Of a DNA stretch of 64,000 bases, positions 1 through 12,192 are shown piece after piece. This stretch comes from Ranitomeya imitator (lineage: Eukaryota): assembly GCF_032444005.1 (NCBI RefSeq), contig NC_091289.1, forward strand, positions 199,702,001 to 199,766,000, given 5' to 3'. Numbering within the stretch: the stretch's first letter is position 1; each line of letters opens with the position of its first letter. A program made the translations under genes and the position numbers. The notes under the pieces are model-generated. The model was not told the DNA's origin. It did no database searches and saw only the letters and a program-made list of their open reading frames with translations.

Positions 1-951
1 TATGATACAATATTGTTCTGCTCCAGGAAGACATCCAGGCCTCTCTTGAACCCCTCGACTGAGTTCGCCATCACCACCTCCTCAGGCAAGCAATTCCAGA
101 TTCTCACTGCCCTAACAGTAAAGAATCCTCTTCTATGTTGGTGGAAAAACCTTCTCTCCTCCAGACGCAAAGAATGCCCCCTTGTGCCCGTCACCTTCCT
201 TGGTATAAACAGATCCTCAGCGAGATATTTGTATTGTCCCCTTATATACTTATACATGGTTATTAGATCGCCCCTCAGTCGTCTTTTTTCTAGACTAAAT
301 AATCCTAATTTCGCTAATCTATCTGGGTATTGTAGTTCTCCCATCCCCTTTATTAATTTTGTTGCCCTCCTTTGTACTCTCTCTAGTTCCATTATATCCT
401 TCCTGAGCACCGGTGCCCAAAACTGGACACAGTACTCCATGTGCGGTCTAACTAGGGATTTGTACAGAGGCAGTATAATGCTCTCATCATGTGTATCCAG
501 ACCTCTTTTAATGCACCCCATGATCCTGTTTGCCTTGGCAGCTGCTGCCTGGCACTGGCTGCTCCAGGTAAGTTTATCATTAACTAGGATCCCCAAGTCC
601 TTCTCCCTGTCAGACTTACCCAGTGGTTTCCCGTTCAGTGTGTAATGGTGATATTGATTCCTTCTTCCCATGTGTATAACCTTACATTTATCATTGTTAA
701 ACCTCATCTGCCACCTTTCAGCCCAAGTTTCCAACTTATCCAGATCCATCTGTAGCAGAATACTATCTTCTCTTGTATTAACTGCTTTACATAGTTTTGT
801 ATCATCTGCAAATATCGATATTTTACTGTGTAAACCTTCTACCAGATCATTAATGAATATGTTGAAGAGAACAGGTCCCAATACTGACCCCTGCGGTACC
901 CCACTGGTCACAGCGACCCAGTTAGAGACTATACCATTTATAACCACCCTC
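1..951 (-). mobile_element. CR1-clade LINE, 5'-truncated reverse transcriptase fragment (continues off the left edge)
   Basis: Minus strand reads VVINGIVSNWVAVTSGVPQGSVLGPVLFNIFINDLVEGLHSKISIFADDTKL...WQMRFNNDKCKVIHMG, the GVPQGSVLGP/FADDTKL signature of CR1 RT. The + ORFs 13..645 and 670..1014 are mostly its antisense shadow. Confidence 0.92.
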
Positions 952-3900
952 ATTAAAATGAACCACAACTGGATTTCAAAATCTTTTGCCCCACCCTGCC
1001 CGGCTGACACCTAGCTTTCCTATGAAAAGGTCTTGCCTGTGGACTATTCTGAATGACTTTTCCAATCTCGTAATTTTCTTCACCTGATTGTCCAGCATAC
1101 GACATGTTTCCACCTCACGAAATGGCCAAACTCCCCACACGGGGCTGTGCTATCGCCACTTTGCGCTTGGACCCTTGAGAGTGCTGTTTGTCTGAAGAGG
1201 TGGGTGTGGCCGCTTTTGGTCGACGGCACTGCCACTGGGTCCCTCATAGTACAATAAAGTGTCTCTGGCGGTGGTGGTGCGCACCCAACGTCAGACACAC
1301 CGTTGTAATATGAGGGGCCCTGTGCCTGTACCGCCGGCCACAAGACAGTTCCCCCCCCCAGCTCAAACAGTGCTCTACCACTAGCAAAATTATCTCTCAC
1401 AGCTTCACCAATGTGTAGTCTAGGCGCTGACATCCTTCAATGCCTGGCACTGACAATACCATTGTTTTGACATTTTTGTTATGTTAGGCCTTCGAAGCCT
1501 GTCTGCGGTCCCTTCTTTCTACAACTACTACACTGACCAGGCCACTGCTGGCCGTGTTACCCTGGAACCAATTTAAAAGTGCCTACAGTCAGCCCAATTT
1601 TGTTATGTTAGGCCTTCGAAGACTGTCTGCCGTCACTCCTTCCACTAGACTTCCACTGACCATACACTGCTGCCCATGTACCCCTGGAACCAATTTAAAA
1701 GTGCCTACAGCCAGCCCAATTTTGTTATGTTAGGCCTTCGAAGCCTGTCTGCGGTCACTCCTTCCACTAGACTTCCACTGACCAGACCACTGCTGCCCGT
1801 GTACCCCTGCAACCAATTTAAAAGTGCCTACAGCCAGCCCAAGTTTGTTATGTTAGGCCTTCGAAGCCTGTCTGCGGTCACTCCTTCCACTAGACTTCCA
1901 CTGACCAGACCACTGCTGCCCGTGTACCCCTGGAACCAATTTAAAAGTGCCTACAGCCAGCCCAAGTTTGTTATGTTAGGCCTTCGAAGCCTGTCTGCGG
2001 TCACTCCTTCCACTAGACTTCCACAGACCAGACCACTGCTGCCCGTGTACCCCTGGAACCAATTTAAAAGTGCCTACAGCCAGCCCAAGTTTGTTATGTT
2101 AGGCCTTGGAAGCCTGTCTGCGGTCACTCCTTCCACTAAACTTCCACTGACCAGACCACTGCTGCCCGTGTACCCCTGGAACCAATTTAAAAGTGCCTAC
2201 AGCCAGCCCAAGTTTGTTATGTTAGGCCTTCGAAGCCTGTCTGCGGTCACTCCTTCCACTAGACTTCCACAGACCAGACCACTGCTGCCCGTGTACCCCT
2301 GGAACCAATTTAAAAGTGCCTACAGCCAGCCCAAGTTTGTTATGTTAGGCCTTGGAAGCCTGTCTGCGGTCACTCCTTCCACTAAACTTCCACTGACCAG
2401 ACCACTGCTGCCCGTGTACCCCTGGAACCAATTTAAAAGTGCCTACAGCCAGCCCAAGTTTGTTATGTTAGGCCTTCGAAGCCTGTCTGCGGTCACTCCT
2501 TCCACTAGACTTCCACAGACCAGACCACTGCTGCCCGTGTACCCCTGGAACCAATTTAAAAGTGCCTACAGCCAGCCCAAGTTTGTTATGTTAGGCCTTG
2601 GAAGCCTGTCTGCGGTCACTCCTTCCACTAGACTTCCACAGACCAGACCACTGCTGCCCGTGTACCCCTGGAACCAATTTAAAAGTGCCTACAGCCAGCC
2701 CAAGTTTGTTATGTTAGGCCTTGGAAGCCTGTCTGCGGTCACTCCTTCCACTAGACTTCCACTGACCAGACCACTGCTGCCCGTGTACCCCTGGAACCAA
2801 TTTAAAAGTGCCTACAGCCAGCCCAAGTTTGTTATGTTAGGCCTTGGAAGCCTGTCTGCGGTCACTCCTTCCACTAGACTTCCACTGACCAGACCACTGC
2901 TGCCCGTGTACCCCTGGAACCAATTTAAAAGTGCCTACAGCCAGCCCAAGTTTGTTATGTTAGGCCTTGGAAGCCTGTCTGCGGTCACTCCTTCCACTAG
3001 ACTTCCACTGACCATACACTGCTGCCCATGTACCCCTGGAACAAATTTAAAAGTGCCTACAGCCAGCCCAAGTTTGTTATGTTAGGCCTTCGAAGCCTGT
3101 CTGCGTCCCGTTCTTTCAACTACAACTACACTGACCAGGCCACTGATGGCCGTGTTCCCCTGGAACCAATTTTAACTTGCCTACAGCCAGCCCTATGTTA
3201 TTATGTTAGGCCTTCGAAGCCTGTCTGCGTCCCGTTCTTTCAACTACAACTACACTGACCAGGCCACTGATGGCCGTGTTCCCCTGGAACCAATTTTAAC
3301 TTGCCTACAGCCAGCCCAATGTTAGGCCTTTGATGCCTGTCTGCCGTCACTCCTTCCACTAGGCCTCCACTGACCTGTCTATTGCTGCCCGTGTACCCCT
3401 TGAACCAACATCATTAAATATAAAAAAAATTAATTTGATTATAAAAAATAAGATCGTGTTGAGATCTCAAATGCAGACATTTTAACAATCAAAACAAACA
3501 CACAACAAATATCTGGAACTGTACTACAAAGGTCCAACAGCTACAATTTCTTTCTCCTGCAAGAAGTTAACTGAAAGTTTTTTGGAGTTGTTAACACAGA
3601 TATGGCATCCACCGAGTGTTGTCCTGTCGCGTCTCCTTTAAATTATTTCCAATAAGATGTTAAACTATTAATTTAATAAAATCAATAATTAAAAAAATAA
3701 TTGAGTAAGTCAAAAGCACATTGCAAATAAACATTAATTACAAATCAAGAAGCATGGCGCGTCCGAGGGTGAGTAGATACCGAATAAGAATATAATCACC
3801 CTCGGACGCGCAATGCTTATTTACAACAGCCTTCCTTCCTAAGAATCAGCCCTTTCGTGGTGTAGAGAGAGGTTGTGTTACACTCCAAGGTGTTCCCCGG

Positions 3901-5254
3901 GTTGCCTTTCATGAGCTTCGATCTTCCGGCTCTCGTTTAGTAGTTGGTGGAAACTACGCTGCATTAGACCTACAAATTTGGTATGGGGTGTAGAGACAGG
4001 TTGTGTTACACTCCAAGGTGTTCTCCAGGTTGCCTTTCCTGAGCTTCTATCTTCAGGCTCTCATTAAATTGTGGTTAAATGGAACAACTGCATTTGGCGT
4101 ACTAGTTGGTTTGGGGCCTACTATCGGTGTCTGCCACTCCTTGCTGTTCTCCTGGTTTCCTGTCCTGAAATTCCATTTTCAGCCTCTCGTTAAGTAGTTG
4201 TTAATGTTAAACTGCATTTGGCCTACTAGTTGGGTTGGGGCCTACTATCGGTGTCTGCCACTCCTTGCTGTTCTCCTCCACTGAACAAAGCTGTGCCGCC
4301 TGTTTACTACGGTTGCCAATTTTGAACTGCATTTCGACTACTTACTGATTTGGCCCTACTCTCTGTGTCAGCCTCTCATTCCAGTTGTCCTCCACTGCAA
4401 TGCCCCCTGGTTATTCCTGTGTTACCAATTTTGAACTGCATTTAGCCCACTTTCTTCTTTGGGCCTATATCTGTGTTTCCTCCTCATCCTGCCCATTGCC
4501 CAGCCAGTGATAGATGAGTCTGCTGGTACATTGACCCATAACGCAACATTCCCCGTGCACGCTACACAACAACATTGTGACCCTGCTGAAAGTCAGGTTG
4601 CTCTTCCCGCATACCATACCACCTTACACGGGGACAAAGAGGAAGGTGCAGATGAAAGTGCAGGTTCCTTCATCAGGTGGGGGGAGGAATACTAGTTGGC
4701 GACGTCACTGGCACAGGGCCTCTCATAGTACGCAAAAGTGTTGCTGCCGGTGGGAGGCGCCCCCGCCGTGCAAACACACCGCTGTACTTTGAGGGGCCCT
4801 GTGCCAGTGCCAATGCCAACGAGTGGGCCCCCCCTGCTTGCTCAGGTTCACAGCACTTGCAAAGTTGAAATACTTACCTCTCCCTGCTCCACTGCCGTGA
4901 CGTGGTCCAGATTTCCTGGGCCCACTAATTACTTGAACCAGCCCTATCCCCCACAACTTTAGCCAAATGACCCCCAATTTCAAATGCCTTCCAATTATTA
5001 TAAGGTAAATTACGCTTGACAAGCTTCATTAAGAAGAATGGATGGTTTTGACATTAAAATGGGCACTCTAGGTGTTTTCCTGGCCCCCACTCACTGCCGA
5101 CTATGCTGCCCCATTGACTTGCATTGGGTTTCGTGTTTCGGTCGATCCCGACTTTACGTCATAATCGGCCGATTTCACTCGACCCGACTTTGGACATAGT
5201 CGGGTTTCGCAAAACCCGGCTCGACTCTAAAAAGGTCAAGGTCGCTCAACTCTA
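950..5254 (+). mobile_element. 3' part of a hAT-like DNA transposon (transposase C-terminus, internal satellite, right TIR)
   Basis: 950..1014 encodes LIKMNHNWISKSFAPPCPADT*, resembling the xFIKMNxxW end of the hAT dimerisation domain. Region ends in ...GGTCGCTCAACTCTA (5254; reverse complement TAGAGTTGAGCGACC), a TIR-like terminus. Internal near-duplicate ~1240-1345 vs ~4700-4810. Left TIR not in window. Confidence 0.6.
1435..3400. repeat. 123-bp tandem repeat (~16 copies) inside the hAT-like element
   Basis: Period measured directly (CCCCTG at 1681, 1804, 1927); gives the 41-aa repeat in ORF 1676..3085. Confidence 0.95.
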
Positions 5255-5364
5255 GTAATGTATACTGGATCCACACTGATCTATAGTGGTATTGTATACT
5301 AGATTCATGCTGATCTATACTGGAACTGTATACTGGATCCACACTGATCTATAGTGGTAATGTA

Positions 5365-5557
5365 CAGTGGGGAAAAAGAGTATTTAGTCAGCCGACAATT
5401 GTGCAAGTTCTCCCACTTATATAAAGATGAGAGCGGCCTGTAACTGACATCATATGAAGACCACAACTATGAGAGTCACAATGAGGAAACAAATCCAGAA
5501 AATCACCTTGCCTGATTTGGAAGATTTATTTTGCCAATTATGGTGGAAAATAAGTAT
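5365..5557 (+). mobile_element. Tc1-like transposon terminal fragment
   Basis: TA followed by CAGTGGGGAAAAAGAGTATTTAGTCAGCC (Tc1-type TIR) and a second AAAATAAGTAT box at the end; other end absent. Confidence 0.7.
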
Positions 5558-6326
5558 ACTGGATCCCTATTGATCTACAGTGGTAATGTATACTGGATCC
5601 CTGCGATTCCATACTGGGGCTGTGTACTGGATCTGTGCTGATCTATAATGGGAATGTATGCTGGATCCCTGCTGCTGATCTATACTACATCTGATAGCTC
5701 TATACTGGGACTGTACACTGGATCCCTGCTGATCTATACTAGGACCGTACACTGGATCCCTGCTGATCTATGCTGGTTCTGTATAACTGGATCTCTGCTG
5801 CTGATCTATACTGGGACTGTACACTGGATCTCTGCTGATCTATGCTGGAGCTGTATATTGGAACCTGCTATGTACTGGGTCTGTATATTGGATCCTGCTG
5901 ATCTATAGTGGTAATGAATACTGGATCCCTGCTATTCTATACTGAGACTGTATACTGGGCCCCTATTGAGCTATAGTGGTATGTATTCTGGAAACATACT
6001 GATCTATTGTGGGAATGTACACTGGATCCCTGCTATTCCATACTGGGGCTGTATACTGGATCCGTGCTGCTCTATAGTGGGAATGTATATGGGATCCCTG
6101 CTGCTGATCTATACTACATCCTATAGATCTGTACTGAGACTGTACACTTCATCCTGCTTATCTATACTGGGACTGTATAATAATAATTATTATCTATACT
6201 GTGTCTGTATACTGGATCCTTGTTATTCTATAATGCGTCTGCACTGGATCCCTGCTGCTGATCTATAATGGATCCTTTTAATCTACACCAGACTGTACAC
6301 TGGATCCTCTTGATCTATACTAGGAC

Positions 6327-6502
6327 CACAGGCGGACACAAACAGAAAAGGGCCCCTGTGCAAGAACAATATATGGGCCCTTTGCAGCCCAAGAGCTCCT
6401 AAAAATGCAAAATTACACTTGATTTGTAGGTTACAATGGGCCCCTTACCTCTTGGGCCCCTGTGCGGCTGCACAGGTTGCACCAATGATATGTCCGACCC
6501 TG
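6327..6502. mobile_element. 176-bp hAT-type MITE with 8-bp target-site duplication
   Basis: ACTAGGAC at 6319-6326 and 6503-6510; imperfect TIRs CACAGGCGGACA / TGTCCGACCCTG (9 of 12 match). Confidence 0.8.
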
Positions 6503-7479
6503 ACTAGGACCGTACACTGGATCCCTGCTGATCTATGCTGGTTCTCTATAACTGGATCTCTGCTGCTGATCTATACTGGGACTGTACACTGGATCCCTGC
6601 TGAACTATACTGGGACTGTACACTGGATCCCTGCTGATCTATACTAGGACCGTGCACTGGATCCCTGCTTATTTATATATTGAGACTACACTGGATCCCT
6701 CATGATCTATACTGGGACCGTACACTGGATCCCTGCTGATCTATGCTGGTTCTCTATAACTGGATCTCTGCTGCTGATCTATACTGGGACTGTGCACTGG
6801 ATCCCTGCTGAACTATACTGGGACTGTACACTGGATCCCTGCTGATCTATACTAGGACCGTGCACTGGATCCCTGCTGATCTATACTAGGACCGTGCACT
6901 GGATCCCTGCTTATTTATATATTGAGACTACACTGGATCCCTCATGATCTATACTGGGACCGTACACTGGATCCCTGCTGATCTATATTGAGACTCTATA
7001 CTGGATCCCTGCTGATCTATACTGGGACCGTACACTGGATCCCTGCTTATTTATATATTGAGACTACACTGGATCCCTCATGATCTATACTGGGACTGTA
7101 CACTGGATCCCTGCTGATCTATGCTGGTTCTCTATAACTGGATCTCTGCTGCTGATCTATACTGGGACTGTACACTGGATCCCTGCTGAACTATACTGGG
7201 ACTGTACACTGGATCCCTGCTGATCTATACTAGGACCGTGCACTGGATCCCTGCTTATTTATATATTGAGACTACACTGGATCCCTCATGATCTATACTG
7301 GGACCGTACACTGGATCCCTGCTGATCTATATTGAGACTCTATACTGGATCCCTGCTGATCTATACTGGGACCGTACACTGGATCCCTGCCTCACACTGA
7401 GCCTCTGATCTACATTCTTTCCTGCACAATCACCACAATCCTCCTGCATTGAGCTATAATACTACAGCTCCCAGCATGC

Positions 7480-7574
7480 TCTCCGGCTCAGGCGCCTGTG
7501 ATTGGTCGGCTGACAGCTCGTATGGACCGTGCAGGAGAGGAGGAAGCCGCCGCGGCTGACAGCGATGCAGAGGG
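7480..7574 (+). promoter_or_regulatory. samd13: Putative samd13 promoter / first exon (CpG-rich, reverse CCAAT box)
   Basis: GATTGG at 7500-7505, CpG-rich 7480-7800, strong donor GG|GTGAGT at 7575. Confidence 0.55.
7565..7574 (+). CDS. samd13: samd13 putative first coding exon (ATG CAG AGG G|gt); frame blocked by TAG in the next exon
   Basis: Phase-1 donor joins the exon at 10236 to give MQRVLEITEAAGLS*DTGTMESKENG, in register with the recalled mammalian long N-terminus (MRGVAEVKEPCSLPMLSVDMENKENG). Confidence 0.45.
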
Positions 7575-7940
7575 GTGAGTGTCTGACACACTGCACCGGA
7601 ACATCAGCGGCTCCTCTGCGGTGTCACCGCGCCCGGTCCCGTCTGTCCGTCGTCACTGTCACAGTGCAGAAGGCGACGAGAAGCCGGAGCCGCCACAGAC
7701 CACCGTGTGAACGCGCCCCTCGTCTGCGCGTCTCCCACCATCAGCCGCTCGTGTGGTCTCCGGCTCCGGCGCCCCCCAGGCCGCTCCCACCAGCGCTTTC
7801 TGCTTTCTGCACTGGTTGATGCGTTTTCACTTGCGGTTAGTTTTCTGCTGCCGGAAATAAAACCTGCGGATTCAGGGGCTTCACTGAGGAGAAGGTGAAA
7901 ACCACAACAAAAAGGGGAAACAGACAAAAATGGAGAATCT

Positions 7941-10120
7941 GAGCGGGGGACGAGGGCGGGATACAAAGCCCCGCAGCGGGGGACGAGGGCGGGATACAAA
8001 GCCCCGCAGCGGGGGACGAGGGCGGGATACAAAACCCCGGAGCGGGAGACGAGGGCGGGATACAAAGCCCCGGAGCGGGGGACGAGGGCGGGATACAAAG
8101 CCCCGCAGCGGGGGACGAGGGCGGGATACAAAACCCCGGAGCGGGGGACGAGGGCGGGATACAAAGCCCCGGAGCGGGGGACGAGGGCGGGATACAAAAC
8201 CCCGGAGCGGGGGACGAGGGCGGGATACAAAGCCCTGGAGCGGGGGACGAGGGTGGGATACAAAGCCCCGCAGCGGGGGACGAGGGCGGGATACAAAACC
8301 CCGGAGCGGGAGACGAGGGCGGGATACAAAACCCCGGAGCGGGGGACGAGGGCGGGATACAAAGCCCCGGAGCGGGGGACGAGGGCGGGATACAAAGCCC
8401 CAGAGCGGGAGACGAGGGCGGGATACAAAGCCCCAGAGCTGGGGACGAGGGCGGGATACAAAGCCCCAGAGCTGGGGACGAGGCCGGGATACAAAGCCCC
8501 AGAGCTGGGGACGAGGGCGGGATACAAAGCCCCAGAGCGGGGGACGAGGGTGGGAATACAAAGCCCCAGAGCTGGGGACGAGGGCGGGATACAAAGCCCC
8601 AGAGCTGGGGACGAGGCCGGGATACAAAGCCCCAGAGCTGGGGACGAGGGCGGGATACAAAGCCCCAGAGCGGGGGACGAGGGTGGGAATACAAAGCCCC
8701 AGAGCGGGGGACGAGGGTGGGATACAAAGCCCCGCAGCGGGGGACGAGGGCGGGATACAAAGCCCCAGAGCTGGGGACGAGGGCGGGATACAAAGCCCCA
8801 GAGCGGGGCACGAGGGCGGGATACAAAGCCCCGCAGCGGGGGACGAGGGTGGGATACAAAGCCCCAGAGCGGGAGACGAGGGCGGGATACAAAACCCCGG
8901 AGCGGGGGACGAGGGCGGGATACAAAGCCCCGCAGCGGGGGACGATGGCGGGATACAAAACCCCGGAGCGGGGGACGAGGGCGGGATACAAAACCCCGCA
9001 GCGGGGGACGAGGGTGGGATACAAAACCCCGGAGCGGGGGACGAGGGCGGGATACAAAACCCCGGAGCGGGGGACGAGGGTGGGATACAAAGCCCCGCAG
9101 CGGGGGACGAGGGCGGGATACAAAACCCCGGAGCGGGGGACGAGGGCGGGATACAAAACCCCGGAACGGGGGACGAGGGCGGGATACAAAGCCCCAGAGC
9201 GGGGGACGAGGGCGAGATACAAAAACCCTCGGGCAGGGCGGGACGAGGGTGAGATACAAAAACCCGGAGCGGGGGACGAGGGCGGGATACAAAACCCCGG
9301 AGCGGGGGACGAGGGTGAGATACAAAAACCCGGAGCGGGGGACGAGGGCGGGATACAAAACTCCGGAGCGGAGGACGAGGGCGGGATACAAAACCCCGGA
9401 GCGGGGGACGAGGGCGAGATACAAAACCCCGGAGCGGGGGACGAGGGCGGGATACAATACCCCGGAGCGGGGGACGAGGGTGGGATACAATACCCCGGAG
9501 CGAGGGACGAGGGCGGGATACAAAACCCCGGAGCGGGGGACGAGGGCGGGATACAAAACCCCGGGGCGGTGGACGAGGGCGGGATACAAAACCCCGGAGC
9601 GGGGGACGAGGGCGGGATACAAAACCCCGGAGCGGGGGACGAGGGCGGGATACAAATCCCCGGAGCGGGGGACGAGGGCGGGATACAAAACCCCGGAGCG
9701 GAGGACGATGGCGGGATAAAAAGCCCCGGAACGGGGGACGAGGGCGGGATACAAAACCCCGGAGTGGAGGACGAGGGCGGGATACAAAACCCCGGAGCGG
9801 GGGACGAGGGCGGGATACAAAACCCCGGAGCGGGGGACGAGGGCGGGATACAAATCCCCGGAGCGGGGGACGAGGGCGGGATACAAATCCCCGGAGCGGG
9901 GGACGAGGGCGGGATACAAATCTCCGGAGCGGGGGACGAGGGCGGGATACAAAACCCCGGAGCGGGGGACGAGGGCGGGATACAAAACCCTGGAGCTGGG
10001 GACGAGGGCGGGATACAAAGCCCCGGAGCGGGGGACGAGGGCGGGATACAAAGCCCCGGAGCTGGGGGATGGGGGCGGTTTCTATCCCACCCTCGTCCCC
10101 CCGCTCCGGGGTTTTGTATC
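7941..10120. repeat. 33-bp G-rich minisatellite (~64 copies) in samd13 intron 1, ending in one inverted monomer
   Basis: Unit CGGAGCGGGGGACGAGGGCGGGATACAAAACCC; 10083-10120 is its reverse complement. Confidence 0.95.
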
Positions 10121-10282
10121 CTGTCGCCTACATCCACTGTTCAACATTCTGGTGGTCCCACAGCCCACTGTACAACATGCACTCGCACTTGTCAGACGTC
10201 TCCTTAATCTTTTGTGATCTATATTTTTTGAACAGTTTTAGAGATCACAGAAGCAGCCGGACTTTCCTAGGACACGGGGACT

Positions 10283-10320
10283 ATGGAGAGCAAAGAGAAT
10301 GGCTCCACCGACTCCAAAAG
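10283..10320 (+). CDS. samd13: samd13 coding exon (MESKENGSTDSK-S); whole exon 10236..10320
   Basis: Acceptor TTTTTTGAACAG|10236, ATG 10283, phase-2 donor AG|GTAAAT 10321; matches the MENKENGS segment of SAMD13. Confidence 0.85.
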
Positions 10321-10397
10321 GTAAATTCTGCCCATTTCTGGCCATTGTGCGCCACATCATTTGGTGAGATTCATAAAAACGAGTGCAGTTTCGGTGA

Positions 10398-10590
10398 GCG
10401 CCGTCACCGGCAGATCCTGCGCCGTCACCGGCAGATCCTGCGCCGTCACCGGCAGATCCTGCGCCGTCACCGGCAGATCCTGCGCCTTCACCGGCAGATC
10501 CTGCGCCGTCACCGGCAGATCCTGCGCCGTCACCGGCAGATCCTGCGCCGTCACCGGCAGATCCTGCGCCGTCACCGGCAGATCCTGCAC
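10398..10590. repeat. 21-bp tandem repeat (9 copies) in the samd13 intron
   Basis: Unit GCGCCGTCACCGGCAGATCCT. Confidence 0.95.
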
Positions 10591-11288
10591 CGTCCAGCGA
10601 CTGCTAACGTAGAAACGTGGCGCTCAGACGGGACAGGAGGTGGCCGAGCGCGCCTGACAAAACCATCATAATTTATGCCAAAACACTAGTGTGAATTTCG
10701 ACGTGAACGTGTGCCTGTCCTGGTAAGGGACATTAGTGTCACCAGATTCCTGACATGTCGCCTCCTGCTCCAGCGCTGCCTTCATCAGAGCTTGTTCTCA
10801 TCCTCATTATTAATAGTTATTGTCCGATAGTGATTGTAAATACAAGCAATTGTGCAATTTGCAGCTTATTTACATTTTTAGCTATTCTTGACATATAAAC
10901 ACTTTTTTTTACAGCTTGTTGCCTTGGAGACCGACCACGACTGATAGACAGCTGGACAGCAGCAGTGATCAGTCTCCAAGGCAACAAGCTGTAAAAAACA
11001 AACAAACAGAAAATTGCAAAAAATCTTTGTTTTTATGTGTCTCCAACAATATCCATCTATGAAGATGAAAAACTCCCTCAAATACTTGTGTACAAGACGT
11101 GCGTCTTAATGAATCGGGGCCGGAGCATGTATTGAGCGCGCGCACCGCCCTGTGCACCCCCTTATGATATATCAGTAGTGTTTGCAGATGACGGGTGCGC
11201 ACTACCCCAGCTACCGCGCAGCCTGATCACACACATGATTAGGCTTTGGGGTCCATTGTCGTGTTATTGGTGGTCTCGTGTTTTCCAG

Positions 11289-11400
11289 CTCCATAGAGGA
11301 TGGGAGACCCCCTGATCCGGCGCTCTGGGCCATCGATGATGTCGTCAGTTACTTTAAAGCAGCCGGATTTGAAGAACAAGCAGCAGCGTTCAGAGATCAG
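11289..11400 (+). CDS. samd13: samd13 coding exon, SAM domain N-terminal half
   Basis: TTTTCCAG|C acceptor; SIEDGRPPDPALWAIDDVVSYFKAAGFEEQAAAFRDQ; donor GTAGGA 11401; phases fit both neighbouring exons. Confidence 0.95.
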
Positions 11401-11529
11401 GTAGGAGATGATAGCGGGAAACCCCGATGTGACAGATCCTCTCTTGGGCCGTGTTCACACTGTCAGTATTTCTCCGGAGCTGACAGCAGTGCAGCAGTGT
11501 ATTCTCAGATGCCGCCTTGCTGTATTTGG

Positions 11530-11543
11530 CCTGCAGGTGGCGC
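11530..11543 (+). promoter_or_regulatory. Single CTCF-like motif in the last samd13 intron
   Basis: CCTGCAGGTGGCGC, close to the CCASYAGRKGGCRS core; motif match only. Confidence 0.4.
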
Positions 11544-11675
11544 TCTCATCCAGCGTGTGACTGTGAGCAGTGATCCTGCAGATGCGGCCCCTGGCTCTAC
11601 GATCCCGCGGGGTCTCCGATCACCTTCTTCTCGTTTCCTTCCATTTATTGATCGTTTTTCTCTTTTTTCTATCAG

Positions 11676-11819
11676 GAAATCGATGGGAAATCTCTGCTGC
11701 TCATGACCAGAAACGACGTCTTAACGGGACTTTCTCTAAAACTGGGTCCAGCGCTGAAAATCTACGAATATCACGTGAAGCTGCTGCAGACACAGCACCT
11801 CAAGAGCGGCCCCCCATAA
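11676..11819 (+). CDS. samd13: samd13 last coding exon
   Basis: [56 protein letters not shown] and KIYEYHVK favour SAMD13 over SAMD1, as does synteny with uox/dnase2b. Spliced CDS from 10283 is 97 aa. Confidence 0.95.
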   Translation, partial: EIDGKSLLLMTRNDVLTGLSLKLGPALKIYEYHVKLLQTQHLKSGPP

Positions 11820-12192
11820 GACGTGAGCTGTCATGTGGCTGCAGAGAGACCCCCAGCATGGACCACCCACGAGGACGCAGGGAGAACGCAGGGAGCGGCG
11901 CCGCTGATCTCAGCTCCTTGGGAAGAGTTATTGTGTCTGTGATCCTACGAGGACGGGGGGGAAGCTGCACGGAAAAGCCCCTTATCTGTACAGAGTCACC
12001 CCTGGACGGGCGGCGGACATCGGACAGGATGAACATGATCAATAAGGATCCTTCTGGATTTATAAAGGATCCCGAGGACAAATGTAAATTCCACCCTGGC
12101 GCCCAAATGGTTGAAATAAGGTGAATTATCAGAGATGTGGGAAGTGAAATGGAAGTAAATATGTATATGGGGCCAGGAAATGGGGCAACCAA

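Larger units (their letters stand above)
5255..7390. repeat. Degenerate ~32-36-bp minisatellite (CTGGATCCCTGCTGATCTATACTGGGACTGTACA)
   Basis: Recurrent CTGGATCC/GATCTATAC/GACTGTACA motifs, more homogeneous after 6510. Confidence 0.9.

Noticed and set aside
13-1014. + strand ORFs 13..645 and 670..1014 as genes
   Set aside because: Antisense shadow of the CR1 RT; only the last ~20 codons belong to a hAT-like remnant.
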